DNA from: the human T2T-CHM13v2.0 reference genome, Homo sapiens
Length of the DNA: 64,000 nt
Direction: 5' to 3' (one strand)
Assembly (NCBI RefSeq): GCF_009914755.1
Contig: NC_060926.1
Below the pieces are notes generated by a model. It was not told where the DNA came from. It saw nothing but the letters and a program-made list of their open reading frames with translations, and did no database searches. How positions within the stretch are numbered: position 1 is the first letter of the stretch; the number at the start of each line of letters is the position of its first letter. Positions 42,936-59,497 of the stretch are shown piece by piece. Position numbers and translations under genes: made by a program.

Positions 42936-43103
42936 AGAAGAAGAAGAAAGAAGAAAGAAGAGGAGGAGGAGGAGGGGGAAGGAGGAGAGGGAGGAGGTGG
43001 GGGAGATGGAGGAGGGGGAGATGGATGAGGGGGAGGAGGGGGAGGAGAGGGAGGGGGAGAAGGGGAGGAAGGCAAAGAAGGGGAGGAAGGGGAGGAAGAG
43101 GAG
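42936..43103. repeat. GA-rich low-complexity tract (GAA/GGA/GGGGAGGA)
   Basis: Nearly pure purine run directly after the Alu. Confidence 0.9.
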
Positions 43104-45909
43104 AACCTGCCTCTAAAAGATGGCATGACTGTAAACATACTGCAAGCATACACAAAAATGCTCATCAAGTGTCAGGGCAGCCCCCCAGAATGAAATACTC
43201 AGTGTTTTTAGTGAAATACTATACATTAAGTACATTAAGTGCACTATATGAAACTCATTAGTCCGTAACATAAAATGCCATTTAAAGCAAGACATGAAAG
43301 TAGAAACGAACTCAAGTGTCAGCCTGCTTTATTCCTTTGGAGAAAATATATTAAAATATATTCATAACAAGTATGTGAGGTCCTTGTCTAAATCTGTTTC
43401 TAATAGTGGAATAAAGCTGGAAAGCATTGAAATTACTAATTGTGTGGAAATTTCTACTTGCAGTGGGATACTTCCATCCTTTCAGGATAATTTAAAAAAG
43501 CTATGCTCCCCAAATAGTAAAGCTTGATTAGTACTATATTAGTAAATATCTATAACTTGGCATGAGTTTATTTCCTTCAAGTTTTCAAAACTTGCTTTAG
43601 AGATTACATTGCTTAGTGGCGGGTTGTGCAAATAACAATGTATTAAGGATAAAAAACCAAAGAGACTACTACTGTTTATAATTCATTTATATGACATAGC
43701 ATAAACATGTTTACTCAAGTATGCCATTTCTTTGGTTTCGAGTCTCTGCTACCGTTCAAACCATTTAGCTTGGCAAGTAAACAACTTTAAAATAGAAAGA
43801 TGCTTTTTGATTTGGGGACTAAAACATTGCATGGATGGGAGAGGGTTCCACAATCCAAATACAATATGATTGCATTTTCTTATTTGCTTTTAATCATTTG
43901 TAAATCCTGAGATGCTTAACATTTTATGTTTAAATATTATCTCAGTAGAAAGCTTTTCCCCTGCTTATGCATAATTTCATCGGAAATTAATATCTCCCAC
44001 TTATAATGCATCAAAAACTAGAAATATTTTTGCTCCTTAATGGTGTAGAAATTAGTCTAATTTTAAAGCACTCAAGAATATAATTATTTACATGTACTAG
44101 AAATATTAACTAGAACTATTTGATCAAGGTATATGGAAAGTTGGAGGAAAGAAAAACATTTCTCGAAGTTATGAATAGCTAGCTATATTAAATGTTACCT
44201 AAAAAGAAATAATTAGGTTATGTGAACATTCCAGATTATAGAAAAATGTGTTCCTAGAATACCTTGAAAATTAAATGTGTTTCCATATTTTCAAAATAGT
44301 GTAAAATACTTCAAGATCATTTATTTTGTTAAAATTAATTTGTATGTAAACATGGCTTTGGTATTGTTGGAGGTGATAGAAAGAAATAAATGAACTGTTA
44401 ATTCAATAAATGTGTTGCCAGTTGTGCTAAAATTGAATGCAATGCATATATGTCAATTGGATGTATATATAAGTGTAATAGTTTTATCATTGTTATGAAA
44501 TGTGCTTAGTTTATAAACGCATTTGCTCGTTGTGATGATTCCTATACTCAGCTGAAATGAGATTTATCATTTTTCTCCTTTTGTTTATAAAGGTACAGTT
44601 TATATTTCCTCTGTGATCGATTATATTCCTGAAAGGTCTTGTGATTAACAATATAGTATATTTTTTATTGAGTTATTTCACACACCAATGGCAGGGCCCA
44701 AAGGGTATTCTGGGTTTACAGGAATTTTCTAATACATGTGTTCTCTTCTGCATTAAAGCTGCTAATTAGTGCTTTTAAACAGCTCAACATTGAATTGTTG
44801 GAAGGCACCATATCAGGGCTAATATAAAACTGTTTATGTGGAAGAATATATACAATAAGAAGGTGTTAAACCCAACACAAATTGAGTGGCAGGGGGTTTC
44901 CACTAGTGCTAATTTTATGTTTGTTTTGTCTCATTTAAAGTTAAGATTCCTATGTTATAATTGTGATGTGGAACATGCTGTACTTACAGATGGACTGAAA
45001 GGTGTCAATTTACAAGCTGCATTTTTCTAGCAAAGAAGTCAATGGGTAGTTTTATCAGGCAATAGCTATTCCTAAACACTAGTTTTTATTTTTAACAGGA
45101 CATATGGGTACTTAAAGATATATATAATAACTATGTTATATAAGACATGTTAAAATTCCAATTCTGATAAGTATGTTTAGTGAGCTTTTTATTGTATTTT
45201 GATATGCTAGTTGAACAGGGCAATAATGCATTAATAGAATTTTGAATGTCTCAAGACAGTTGCACTACAAAAATCAAATGTACATGTGTTTAAACAAATC
45301 CAAGAGTTTTGTTATCTTAAGCCAGGTTCTGCTGACTTGTGAATGAATCAAGCTGGAGGAAACCTTAAGAGGTCATTTATTAAATCCTGTGTCCTCAATT
45401 TTCACACAGATAGAACAATTAGGAAATTTCCTATTCTTAGGCCCTTCTAGAAAAATTTCTCTTTCCCTCATCACCTCTGTCAAAGTTTATTGATTGGTTT
45501 CACAACATGACTACATCATCATTTTTGTAGCTGCCTGGCCAGACCATCTCAACTTGAGAACAGAAGGACCTCCTGGCAACCTATGGGGAAGCATGTTGCC
45601 TTAATGTGAGTCTTTCTTTCATCAAGGCACACTATTTTCAAAAATGCATTCTGTCAAGCTTTATTTCTTACCATAATCCCTTCTAATACTCTCTGTGTTT
45701 AGAGAGTATTAGATAATGCTCAGAGTTAGAAAAGTTTTTGTTGATTTGATTTTTGTTTTATTTTTAGTGCCTTTTAAAAAAACTTTGTTGTGCTTTTGAA
45801 TATGAATGCTTGGGAATTCCATGATGCTGGACATGGAGAAGGATATATTTCTTATAGACATTCAGCTGGATTTGGGGAAAGTCATATGGCCAATCACAAG
45901 TCAAATCTT

Positions 45910-48900
45910 TGGGGAAAAAACCCCCGCATAATCAATAAACTCTTATCAAGTTTAATTAAGAAAAAAAGAAAAGTCATAAATTGCCAATGTCAGGAGTTGA
46001 AAAGGAGATATCACTACAGATCCTTCAGGTATCAAAAACAACAAAGGTCAGAGAACAACTTTGAGAATGAGACTGAAGACTCATGTGGAATTAATTACTA
46101 AAAATGGACAATATATCCCACCTGACACAAGATGAAATCAAAAATAGAAATAGTCCTAGATATATAACTACTATTGAATCTGCAATTTAAACCTTGCCAC
46201 AAAGAAGTCTCTACACCTAGTTGGCTTCACTGGCAAATTCTCACATACATTGAAAGAAGAAATAATATCAATCTCATACAAATGCTGTTAAAGAATAGGA
46301 AAACAGGAAACAATTCCCAACCTACTTTATGAAGCTAGCAGTGTATTGATACCAAATCTTGACAAATCATATAAGAGGTAAATTATAGGCTGATTCCTCT
46401 CATGAATCTGGATATAAAAATAGTAAATAACATCTTTAGAAATCTTAATCTAGTGATTTGTAAAAAGGATAATATATCACAACCAAGTGCTGTTTATTCA
46501 AACAATGCAACGTTGGTTTAACATTTGAAAACAAATCACACAATATAATTCACCACATTAATAAAACAAAGATAGAATTATATGACTATATTAATTGGTA
46601 TAGCAGAAAGCACGTTTATGATAAAAAAGAAATCTCAGCTAACTAGAAATAGAAAGGAATTTCCTTAATGTAATAAAGTATGTACAGGAAATTTCTAGTA
46701 AAAATTGTTCTTAATGGTAAAATGTTGAAAACTTTCTGCTTTATATGGGAACGAAATGGTGCTGTCACCACTTCTATTAAATGTAGTACTGAAGGTCCTA
46801 TCCATAGCAATAAAGCAAGGAAAAAAGAGATAGATGAATTAGAGAGGAAATTATAAAACTGTGATTATTCACAGATGACATGATTGTCTATACAGAAAAT
46901 TCAAAAGAGTATACAGATAATCTATGAAACAATAAGTAAATTTATTAGGGTTTCTGGATACAAGTTCAACAAATACAGTTCCTTTAATATTGCAATTAAT
47001 AAGCCAATATTTATACATTGTTATCAACTAAAGTCCACATTTCATTCAGATTTCCTTAGTTTTTTATCTAATGCCCTTTTTCTATTACAGGATCTCATCC
47101 AAGATACCATGTTACAGTTAGTTGTTATGGCTCTTTAGGCTCCTCTTGACTATGACAATTTCTTAGACTTTCCTTGTTTTTAATGACCTTGACACTTTGA
47201 GAAGTAGTGGTTAGGTTTTTGTAGAATCCCTCTCTATTGGAATTTGTTTGATTTTGATTTTTTTTAATGACTAGACTGTGGTTATGGCTTTTTGGGAGAA
47301 AGACCATAGAGGTAGAGTGCCATTCAAATCATGTCATCTAAAGGGCATACACTATCGGCATGATTTATCACTGTTGATGTTGACCTTGATCACCTGGTTG
47401 AGCTGATGTTTGCCAGGATTTTCCATTTACTCTGCCCTACCTCCCCTTCTATACTAAACTCTTTACATGGAGTCACTGTGGGCAGCCCCTCCTGAAAAAG
47501 TGGGAATTTATGCTCCCTTTTGTTAAGGGATGGGTATCCATTTAATTATTTTTAACTCTTTTACTTGAGAGATGTGTCTTTTTCCCTGTATTTATTTATT
47601 CAATAATTTATTGATACCAGTATTGACTCATGGATATTTATTTTATATTTTAGCTTATGATCCAGTAAATACAATTTTGTTTTATTTTGTTGTGCAAATT
47701 GTTCCAGCTTTGACTGTTGAGAGCTCTTTCAGTTGACACCTTTGTCCCTTTGACATACTCTCATCAATGTGTGATTTTTTGTACTGTTTTTGAGCACTTT
47801 CTTACTTTCTGGCTCTCTAAAATGCTCCAGTCCTAGAATTAGGCATTTCTCCAAGGATCTCTGGTTCATTTCATTGTATTTTTATATACAACCATCAATT
47901 AAAAAATAATGTTTTAATAGAATAAAGCAATTCCAAGTACTTAAGAAAAAAAGATCAAAAAGACATTTAAGATTACCGTACTGAGAACTTCAGAATATTA
48001 TTAAAATAAATTAAAAAGATCTGAATAAATAGAGGAACAGGATTGGAGATCCAATATTGTAAAGGTGTTTATTTCCCATATAAATTGATCCATAGATTCA
48101 ATTCAATTTCAATAAAAATCTCAGAGGAAATATGGTGAAAATTGACAAGTTCATTCTAAAATTTATAGTAAAAGTAAAGGGTCAAAAATAGTCAAGATAA
48201 TCTTGAAGGAGAAGAACTTAATATAAAGCTATAATAAGTAAGAAAGTGTGGCACTGGCTAAAGGATAAACAAGTAATGAAATAAAGAAATGTTCCAACAA
48301 AATAGAGTCTTGAAAGAGAACTACATTTGTATGGCCATTTCTACTCTCTAACATTTTAATATAAACAATTCAAACATAAAGAAAAGTTGAAAGAAGTTTA
48401 TAGTGAATATATTCACCACCTAGATTCTACCATTATTGTTTTATAATGCTTGCTTATTGTATATGTATCTATCCATTAATCTATCATATTTTGTGTATTC
48501 CAAAATAAATTACAGACATGACTACATTTCAACCTAAATATTTCAGCATGAATAACATTAACTAGAGTTCAATATTTCTTTACAATTCTTTACTTCTGAT
48601 GTAAACTTCATATATGATAAAATATACAATTATGGCTACAATTGCTGAAATTTAAGAAATTCATACACCTGTCTAACATAATCCCCTATCAAGTTATAGA
48701 ATATATCTATTATATCAGGAAGTTTCATTATGTCTATTCCCAGTCATTCCCTGTTGCATTCCTCAGAGACAATAACAATTCTGATCTTTTTCACTATAGC
48801 ATTGTTTGCATGTTCTGGAATTTCATATAAATGGAATCATATAGTGTGTTCTACTCTTGTATCTAGCTTCTTTAGTTAAGCTTAATATTTTTGATTTATC

Positions 48901-49200
48901 CATGTTTTTGCATGTATTGAGAGTTTATACATTTTTATTGAGTAGTGTTTCGTTGTATTAAAATATTAGTTTTTTTATCCCTTCTATTGATGGACAATGG
49001 GCAGTTTCCAGTTTTTTTCTGTTATGAATAAAATGGCCATGAATGTTATTTTTATGTACTTTGTGAACGTAGGATTTAATTTCCATTGCATAAATATCTA
49101 GGGGTGAAATTGATGTGTCATAGGGTAAGTCTATATATAGTTTTACAGGAACCTGCCAGAACTTTTTCCAAAATAGTTGTAATATATTACAGCCTTCTCA
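45910..49200. mobile_element. Nested old L1M fragments (ORF2 region on + at ~45910-46980 and ~47875-48340, interleaved with minus-strand L1M 3' pieces)
   Basis: Degenerate ORF2 nucleotide motifs (GATATCACTACAGATCC, GGCTTCACTGGCAAATTC, TTCACAGATGACATGATTGTCTA, ATAGATTCAATTCAAT), interrupted by T-rich L1M 3'UTR-like blocks. Confidence 0.75.
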
Positions 49201-50311
49201 AGTACCTAGTTTAGGGTACAGAGAAAGCAAATGAAAATGCAGAGAACACACTGCCACATCTGTTCTTGAGTCCAGAGTTTCCCAGTTAGTTTTCTTTTCT
49301 CTACTTCTTACAATCTTCTTATGCTTGCTTTATATATAAAATCCAAGGGTTTTAGCTGTACTTAGTGGGAGGAATAGGGAAAAATGTACCTTCTTTTTCT
49401 TGTTTGAAGTTGGAAATGTATTGCTGTTTTTATTTTATTTCATCTTAAGTATGCTGATAATAGGTGGAAACAGGGTCTGTCAGGCAGGGTCTCTGATTGT
49501 ATGACTTTTTCCTGGCAGAGGAAGGATAGAGCGTGCTGTGAGTTTGAAGACAGAAAACACAGCAGTCAGAGTTTATGAGTAAGAGAAAAGACACAGCAGC
49601 AAGTTTATGACTAAGAGGAATTTTCTGACTCTGTTTTATGGGAAGATGCTTTGAAAGAAAAAGGCTCAGATCACTATTGAGTGATGCCAGTTGATGGGAA
49701 GGGGCATATGGGCAGAGCACAGCATGAGTAGCTCGGAACAACAGCAAAGAAACAAGTGAGATGTGCATCTGTGAGTAGTGCCTAAGGTGTTCAAGACATG
49801 GTTAAATGGTGTTTTCCAAAACCAAAAAATGAGTAGAAGCAAGACAAGGGCAGTGACAAAGTAATTGCCTCTAGTTGTAGAATGTGATGTAAGAAAACAA
49901 GATAATTCCCCATGTCCCCAAATTCATTGGCCTGCCTTTGTCTTCAACAGTCACAACTTTAGCTGGAAAGAGGAGTCTGTCAGATATAATCCAGGCAGGT
50001 GAAATGTTGAAAAGAAATCTGACATTGAGCTCAGGTCAGTTTTGAGTAAAATGCTTGAGTTGGGAAGAAACATGCAAGACAAAGGAACAACAAGAAATAT
50101 ATTTTTATAATTAATAAGGGGGCACCAGAGAAGGTGATTTTTTTTCTTTGTAAGAGAGAACAGTAAGATGGGAACCCATTGAAAATAAAGACAAATAGTA
50201 GAGTTAAAGCTTTTAGTAATCACAATGCAGAAAAAAACATTATTATTGGTATAGAAAAATACCTTCTTTTCCTTGTTTTCAGTTACTTCCCATTTATTTA
50301 CTCACAGATTG

Positions 50312-50980
50312 TGATACGGTTTGGCTCTGTGTCCCCACCCAAATCTCACGTTGATTTGTAATTCCCAGTGTTAAGGGAGGAACCTGGTGGGAGGTAATTA
50401 GATCATGGGGGCAAATTTCCTCCTTGCTGTTCTCATGATAGTAAGTGAGTTCTCAAGAGATCTGATGATAAAAAAGTGTGTGGCACTTCCCCCTTGTCTC
50501 TCTCTTTCTCCTGCTCTAACACATGAATATGTGCTCACTTCCCCTTTGCCTCCTCCTGTGATTGTAAGTTTCCTGAGGCCTCCCAACCATGTTTCCTGTA
50601 CAGCCTGTGGAACTGTGAGTCAACTAAACCTTTTTTTTTTTAAATAAATTACCCCGTCTCAGGTAGTTCTTTATAGCAGTGTGAAAATGAACTAATACAG
50701 AAAATTGTCACCAGGAGTGGGGTATTGTTATAAAGATACCTGAAAATGTAGAAGCAGCTATGGAACTGGGTAACAGGCAGAGTTTGGAACAGTTTGGAGG
50801 GCTCAGAAGAAGACAGGAAGATGAGGGAATGTTTGGAACTTCCTAGAGACTTGTTGAATGGTTGTGACCAAAACGCTGATAGTCATATGGACAGTGAAGT
50901 CCAGACTGAGGTGGTTTCGGAAGCAGATGAGGAACTTATTGGGAACTGGAGTAAAAGTCACTCTTGCTATGCTTTAGCAT
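50312..50980 (+). mobile_element. THE1/MST LTR (50312-50699) plus the start of the internal region
   Basis: TGATACGGTTTGGCTCTGTGTCCCCACCCAAATCTCA...ACTAATACA, followed by internal GGAACTGGGTAACAGGCAGAG and TGGAGGGCTCAGAAGAAGACAGG. No 3' LTR is seen. Confidence 0.9.
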
Positions 50981-53900
50981 ATATAATATATAATTATATA
51001 TAAGCATTATAAAAATTATTACTTTATATACATATATAATTATTATATAATTATATCTAATATAAATTTATTTATTTATATTACATAATTCATGTTTTTT
51101 GATATTTTAATTATATTTATAATCCTTAAAAAATTTTTAGTGAGTTGCATAACACTGGGGTTAACCATCCTTTTCTATGTTTAATAGTCATGTGCTTTTT
51201 CTTTCTAACATTTGCATGTTCATATAATTTACACTTTTTTTATACATAACTTTTTGTGCCCATTTTTCTTACTGATTTAAAAAAGCTTTTTGTGTGTTGA
51301 GGAGAAATCTCATTCACAAACACAATTTTTCAAGAAATATAACTATATTCAAATAGTGAACTTAATTTATACTATAAATCTTTATTTCTGTGGATGCCAA
51401 AAACTAAACTTTAAACAATGTATGGTTTCCCCTAGTTTTCTTCCCAGACATGAAATACGAGCTTTACTGGGCGCTAATGATTGCAAGCTTGTTGCTAAGG
51501 AACAAGATTTGACTAATTGACATGCTGTTACTTGACAGGTGAGGGTTTAAAGAAAATTGGAGCCAACATTTAAAAATTAAAATATTTCACTTTCGAAAAA
51601 GTGAAAACTTGCAGTTCTTGTTGAGAAGTCAGAATATCTGTCCTTATAGGGTCTACATTCTTGCATGAAAGCGATTGCCTTGAGCTGAGAGGCAGCTACC
51701 CATTTCAAAGGGTGCATGTGTGTCCAGTTTAATAGGGTTGTATCAGATTTATTTAAAAATTATGGAACATATATGTATGTGCATGTGTGTGTATGCACTT
51801 ATTTTCCACATGTTTACATATACACCTATCAATAAATATGTAAGCATATATGCTATGTGCTTATAAAAGAATTTCCATTAGGATATAAATCACAACAAAC
51901 TATTGTTATTATATACTCCTCCCTGTTATTATACACCTGCATATTTCACTCATTAATGTTACCTGTCTAGTTCCTGTAACTGTTTGAGTTTCCAATCTTT
52001 CCTAAACATTATGGAAAACATGCTCATAATAAGTAAACTCTTTAAAAATTGATACTTTAAAATGTTATCATCTGGGAATCGTTAGTACAAGATATTCTTA
52101 TATTAAGCATATATTATCCGGACTATGTTGACAGGAATCTTTTTGATCACTTGAGACAGTCTGTAACTGGCTGCCTTATTTCATCCATTCATATCATTAA
52201 AAAAGTATTTATTTATTTTTTGTGCATATATAGTAGGTATATATATTTATGGGGTACATAAGATGTTTTGATATAGGCATGGAATGTAAAATAAGCACAT
52301 CATGAAGAATGGGGAATCCATCCCCTCAAGCATTTATCCATTGAGTTGCAAACAATGCATTCATATCTTGTGGAATGTTTGCCTGGATGTTCTATTCACA
52401 CTATTGGCCCTTTTGCACCTCCCAGGAGCAGAATTTGACACTATGAGCTTTGTCCTACCCTATCTGACAAACTTTTGTGAAGTTATGTATGTATATGTAA
52501 GATATATTTTTAATCCATATTTATGTTTTGTAATCTGTATCAACATGTTTGATAAATGAAAACAGTCTGAAGCTCAATTCTTTTCTTGAGTATGTGACAT
52601 TTATCCCCTAGAAATCTTTTGTGCTACACAAGTGAAGAAGTCACAGAGTAAAGGTGGTATGGAAAGGAAGGTACGCATTGTTTAATAGACAGACTGAGGT
52701 TGGAAGAAAAGAGAAATATAAATAAGTTATATGCATATATTATGTGCCAAGGAATGTTAGTGGTCTGTAAAGAACAATGAACTATGTTTCTACATCTCTG
52801 AGTTCTGAACTACTGAGAAATAGACCTAAAGAGCTAGATATGAAAATGGATGGCAATTATGGAAAACCTAATTGAAATTGCATAGGGAGACTATTAATTC
52901 TTATTGCCAGACACCAAATTGCTAAAGTGAAGTGGTTATGAGGTTTTAACCAATTTCATTCACAGTTATTTAAGTAACAGTGTTATAACTATTATGAAAA
53001 ATTCTGTTTTTGTGGATCCAAGGCTAGGAAAAAGAAAACAAATATTTTCCATACATGCAGTGTTTCTGTTTTTCCCTGCTCAGGGTGGACAAATTGTAGT
53101 TACTATTTTAGCTATTATGTACTTAACATTCTTGGACTGTTTTTTAATTTTATTTTTAATTTTTATGAGTACAGATTAGGTGTATATATTTTGTTTTTTG
53201 ATTTTGCGCCATCTCTTACTTGGTATGGACTTAGTGTATGGCATGCAGGAGCTGTTTTCTGCAGAGGGAAAAGCTGACATACCTCTGGCTTATAAAAAGT
53301 TTATAACAATATGTGTTTATAAATTGCTTACTTTGAGATGGACAGGTGAAAGGCACTATATAAAATTGCCAAATATTATTATCTGTCTAAATGTAGCTGA
53401 GTGAACAAATCTTTTTAACGCCCATTTTAATGACACAGTTGTTCCATATGGTGGACTTCAGATGGATAAAAAAATCCAGAGTTAGTACATTCCCTGGAGA
53501 AAACCAGATTGTCCAGGTGTGCCATATTTTAAACTCAGGGTAGAATTAAGAGGCACAGCTTTTCAAAATTCAGGCCCAAACAGCAACTCACATCAATTTA
53601 ATTTCTCTGTTGTTTCAGACAACACAGGGCTCTTTAGTTAATGAAACAAAACCATGTATTATATACTGAAAAGGTGGTCCTAATCATTTTATGTGTTTGA
53701 GTCAGCATCGATTTTAGTAAGAGGAAGTCCCTGGAGCTGAGGTTGAGTTATTTGCATAATTTTTCTTAAGTTTCTTAAAGACTCAGACTGGCTTCTTTCT
53801 GGAGATTCCATGAAGATGGTGTCCCCCAGAGAGGTCTTTGGTAGCAATTTTTAGATCTTGAAGTGTTTTTTCCATTGTGGTTCAGAGCTTTTCATGGCCT

Positions 53901-54932
53901 TTAGTTTGACAGATAGAACAATGAGGCACAGGCAACAAGGTCTGCCAACCTCAGAAATTATGGTACATTCAGAAAATAGATTTTATTTTAAGACGAGCCT
54001 AATTATTACTGAGACAGAGTCCTTTTTCCTCTTTCCTGTTGTATTTCTTGTTGAAGTTGATTCTGCTTTTTTCAATTGATTTAAACTTTCTCTTGCAAAA
54101 TAACTCAAATGTTGAATGCAGTGTCTTGTGGAAGCCTGACACCATTAAGGACTGGAAGAGGAAAGTCTAAGTAAGAGAGTGCCACCAAGATGCTTGCTCT
54201 TGGATGTGCTGGTGGAAGGGTCTACTTAGCTTGGTGGGTTTACCTCTTAACTGTTCCAATAGTTAAGGCATAGACAAAATGAGGACAATGTGGACCATGT
54301 TGACCCCAAATCATGTGTACAGGTGACATTCTCGAGCCTAGGTAGCAAATGAGTGCTTTGAGCACAGAGAAGATGGGAAGAAAGTACAGACCTTGGAATA
54401 TGATCCAACCCACCTAATTTCTTGTCCTGATTCTCAACTAGAAAAAAAATAGTCTTTGTTCTCCTTTTAATAACTACTGTGTACTAACTTTGTGTACAGT
54501 TTACAAAGTCAGGTATCTTAAAAACAATCTGAGGCTCAAGAGGAAGGTTGTTATTATTAGAAGCTACAGACTAGGAGAAAAGTCTTTACAAAGCTGGGTC
54601 TTGGGCCTCTGGGAAGAGCCCCGTCTAGTACCTTGAAGGGGTGCAACATGAGACTGATTTTAGGAGTGGAAAATAACTGGAAATTGGAAATAACTGCCAT
54701 TTCCAAAGCGAAGGGCTGTAGCTGGGGTGATGCCGACTAGAACAGTGAGCAAACAGGAAGAAGCATGCCCCTTCTGCCTCTTGATGTTTTCTGTCACTCC
54801 CATTAGTAGAACACAGTAGGAAGCCAGCTAGCCAAGGAGAAAGGATGTTTGTAGAGTCCCATGCCCAGCATCCCAAAGCTTAACATAGAAAGGTGGGTTC
54901 GGAGCCAAAAGACATAGTACATCCCACCATCC

Positions 54933-55261
54933 TTTTTTTAACTTTTGTTTTAGGTTCAGGGGTACATATGCAGGTTTGTTATATAAGTAAATTGTGTGTC
55001 ACAGGGGTTTGGTGTGCAGATTATTTTACCAGGTAATAAGCATAGTACCTGATTAGGTTGTTTTTCAATCCTCAACTTCCTCCCTCTCTCCACCCTGAAG
55101 TAGGCCCTGTGTCTGTGGTTCCCCTCTTTTTGTCCATATATATGCAATGCTTAGCTTCCACTTATAAGTGAGAACATGTGGTATTTGATTTTCTGTTTCT
55201 GCATTAATTTGCTTAAGATAATGGCCTCCAACTGCATCAATGTCCTTTGCAGCAACATAGA

Positions 55262-55264
<3 letters not shown>
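54933..55264 (-). mobile_element. Older L1PA 3' fragment with a ~24-bp inverted 5' tip
   Basis: T-rich tail at 54933 and L1 3'UTR up to GATAATGGCCTCCAACTGCATC, followed by ATGTCCTTTGCAGCAACATAGATG, which is the next L1 segment in opposite orientation. Confidence 0.85.
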
Positions 55265-58028
<2,764 letters not shown>

Positions 58029-58054
58029 ATCTTCAGCATTTTTTACTTGGAATT

Positions 58055-58350
58055 CCACATCCAATTAGTTGCCAAGTCCTTTCAATTTCACCCCTATGAG
58101 ATGCGATGCCTTTTTTTTTTCTTTCTAGCTGATACTACTCTCATTTAAACCTTTATTACTTCTTGTCTAACTCATTTCAGAAGCCTCCTAATGGGTCTCC
58201 TCTCTTGCTCCTACCTTTTCCCTTATTAATCCAGATGAATCCTCTCAGATGATTGCTCTGATTATGACTCTCTCCTGACCCAGATACTGGGATGAAGTCA
58301 AAATTCCTTGGCATAGCTCTCAAGGCTTTTCACAACCTCATCATCCAACT
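58055..58350 (+). mobile_element. L2 fragment
   Basis: CCACATCCAATTAGTTGCCAAGTCCT...AGCCTCCTAATGGGTCTCC...CAAAATTCCTTGGCATAGC. Confidence 0.65.
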
Positions 58351-58992
58351 TTTCAGACATGGCTAAAAGATATGAGATTATGGATATGTAAATTTGCTTG
58401 GATGTGGTTAACCACTATATATAAGTGTATACAACCACTATGTGTAGGTTTCCAAACATCATTTGTACAGCTTAAATATATATACAATAAAACAAAGCAA
58501 AACAGGCTTACCTTAAAGAATCTTCATCCTATAACCTCTACATACCTAGCTCTACTCAGGACTTCTGACTTGCCAAAGGCCTCTAAATTATTCTTTCCTC
58601 TGGGCCCATGGTCATTTAGCTTCTGCCCTGAATGCATTTCTCACCTACACTTGATGCTTCAAGACCTTACTTGAATGTTATTTACTTCCACGAAGAAAGT
58701 CTTGGAACTTATCATAGACTCAGTACAGTTCATTGTAAAGCTTTAGAAAACTTACTAAGCACTTAGTTAATCTGCAAGGCCCTATTAAAGTTATCATTTT
58801 CAACAGATACATTATTTTAAAATGCAGTAAGTTTTTAGAAGTCAATGAATTTTTGGAAGGTAAAAGAATTTGTGATTTTCTTTTCCTTTTAGTATATGCT
58901 TTATATACTTCCACCTTTATCTTTTCTTTTTCTTAAAGATATCAGTGGAAGTATATAAAACATACTATATATGTATACAAAGTATATAAAGA

Positions 58993-59464
58993 ATAGCTCC
59001 TGCAGAAATGATGAGGATGGTGATGACGATGATTGCTCAAATTTATTGAGCACTTACTATATGGTAAGCACTAACTTAGTTAACTTGCCCTTAACTTGTG
59101 TGAGCTTGTTTGATTCGTACAACCCCCCCAGTGAAGTTCATACTACATGATTCCCATTCCACAGCTAAGGATCTTGAAGACAGGAAGCCTAAATCATATG
59201 CCCAGCTGATACATGTTGGGTCCAGAATTTAAATCAGGGAGTCTGTCTTCAGAGCCCATGCCATTGACCCTTAAATAGCACCTTATAATGAAATTGCATA
59301 TATATTTCCAAATTTATCTTTTCTTCTTCTTAAATATAAAAGTGGAAGTATATTAAACATATACTAAAAGGGCCATCAATAATTCAATTCTTTCCTGTCA
59401 GGAAATCAGTGAAAACTATCTATGTATCTATGTATCTATGTATCTATGTATCTATGTATCTATG

Positions 59465-59497
<33 letters not shown>

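Noticed and set aside
42812-43261. Pro-, Glu- and Arg/Gly-rich ORFs
   Set aside because: Translations of an Alu plus the GA-rich tract.
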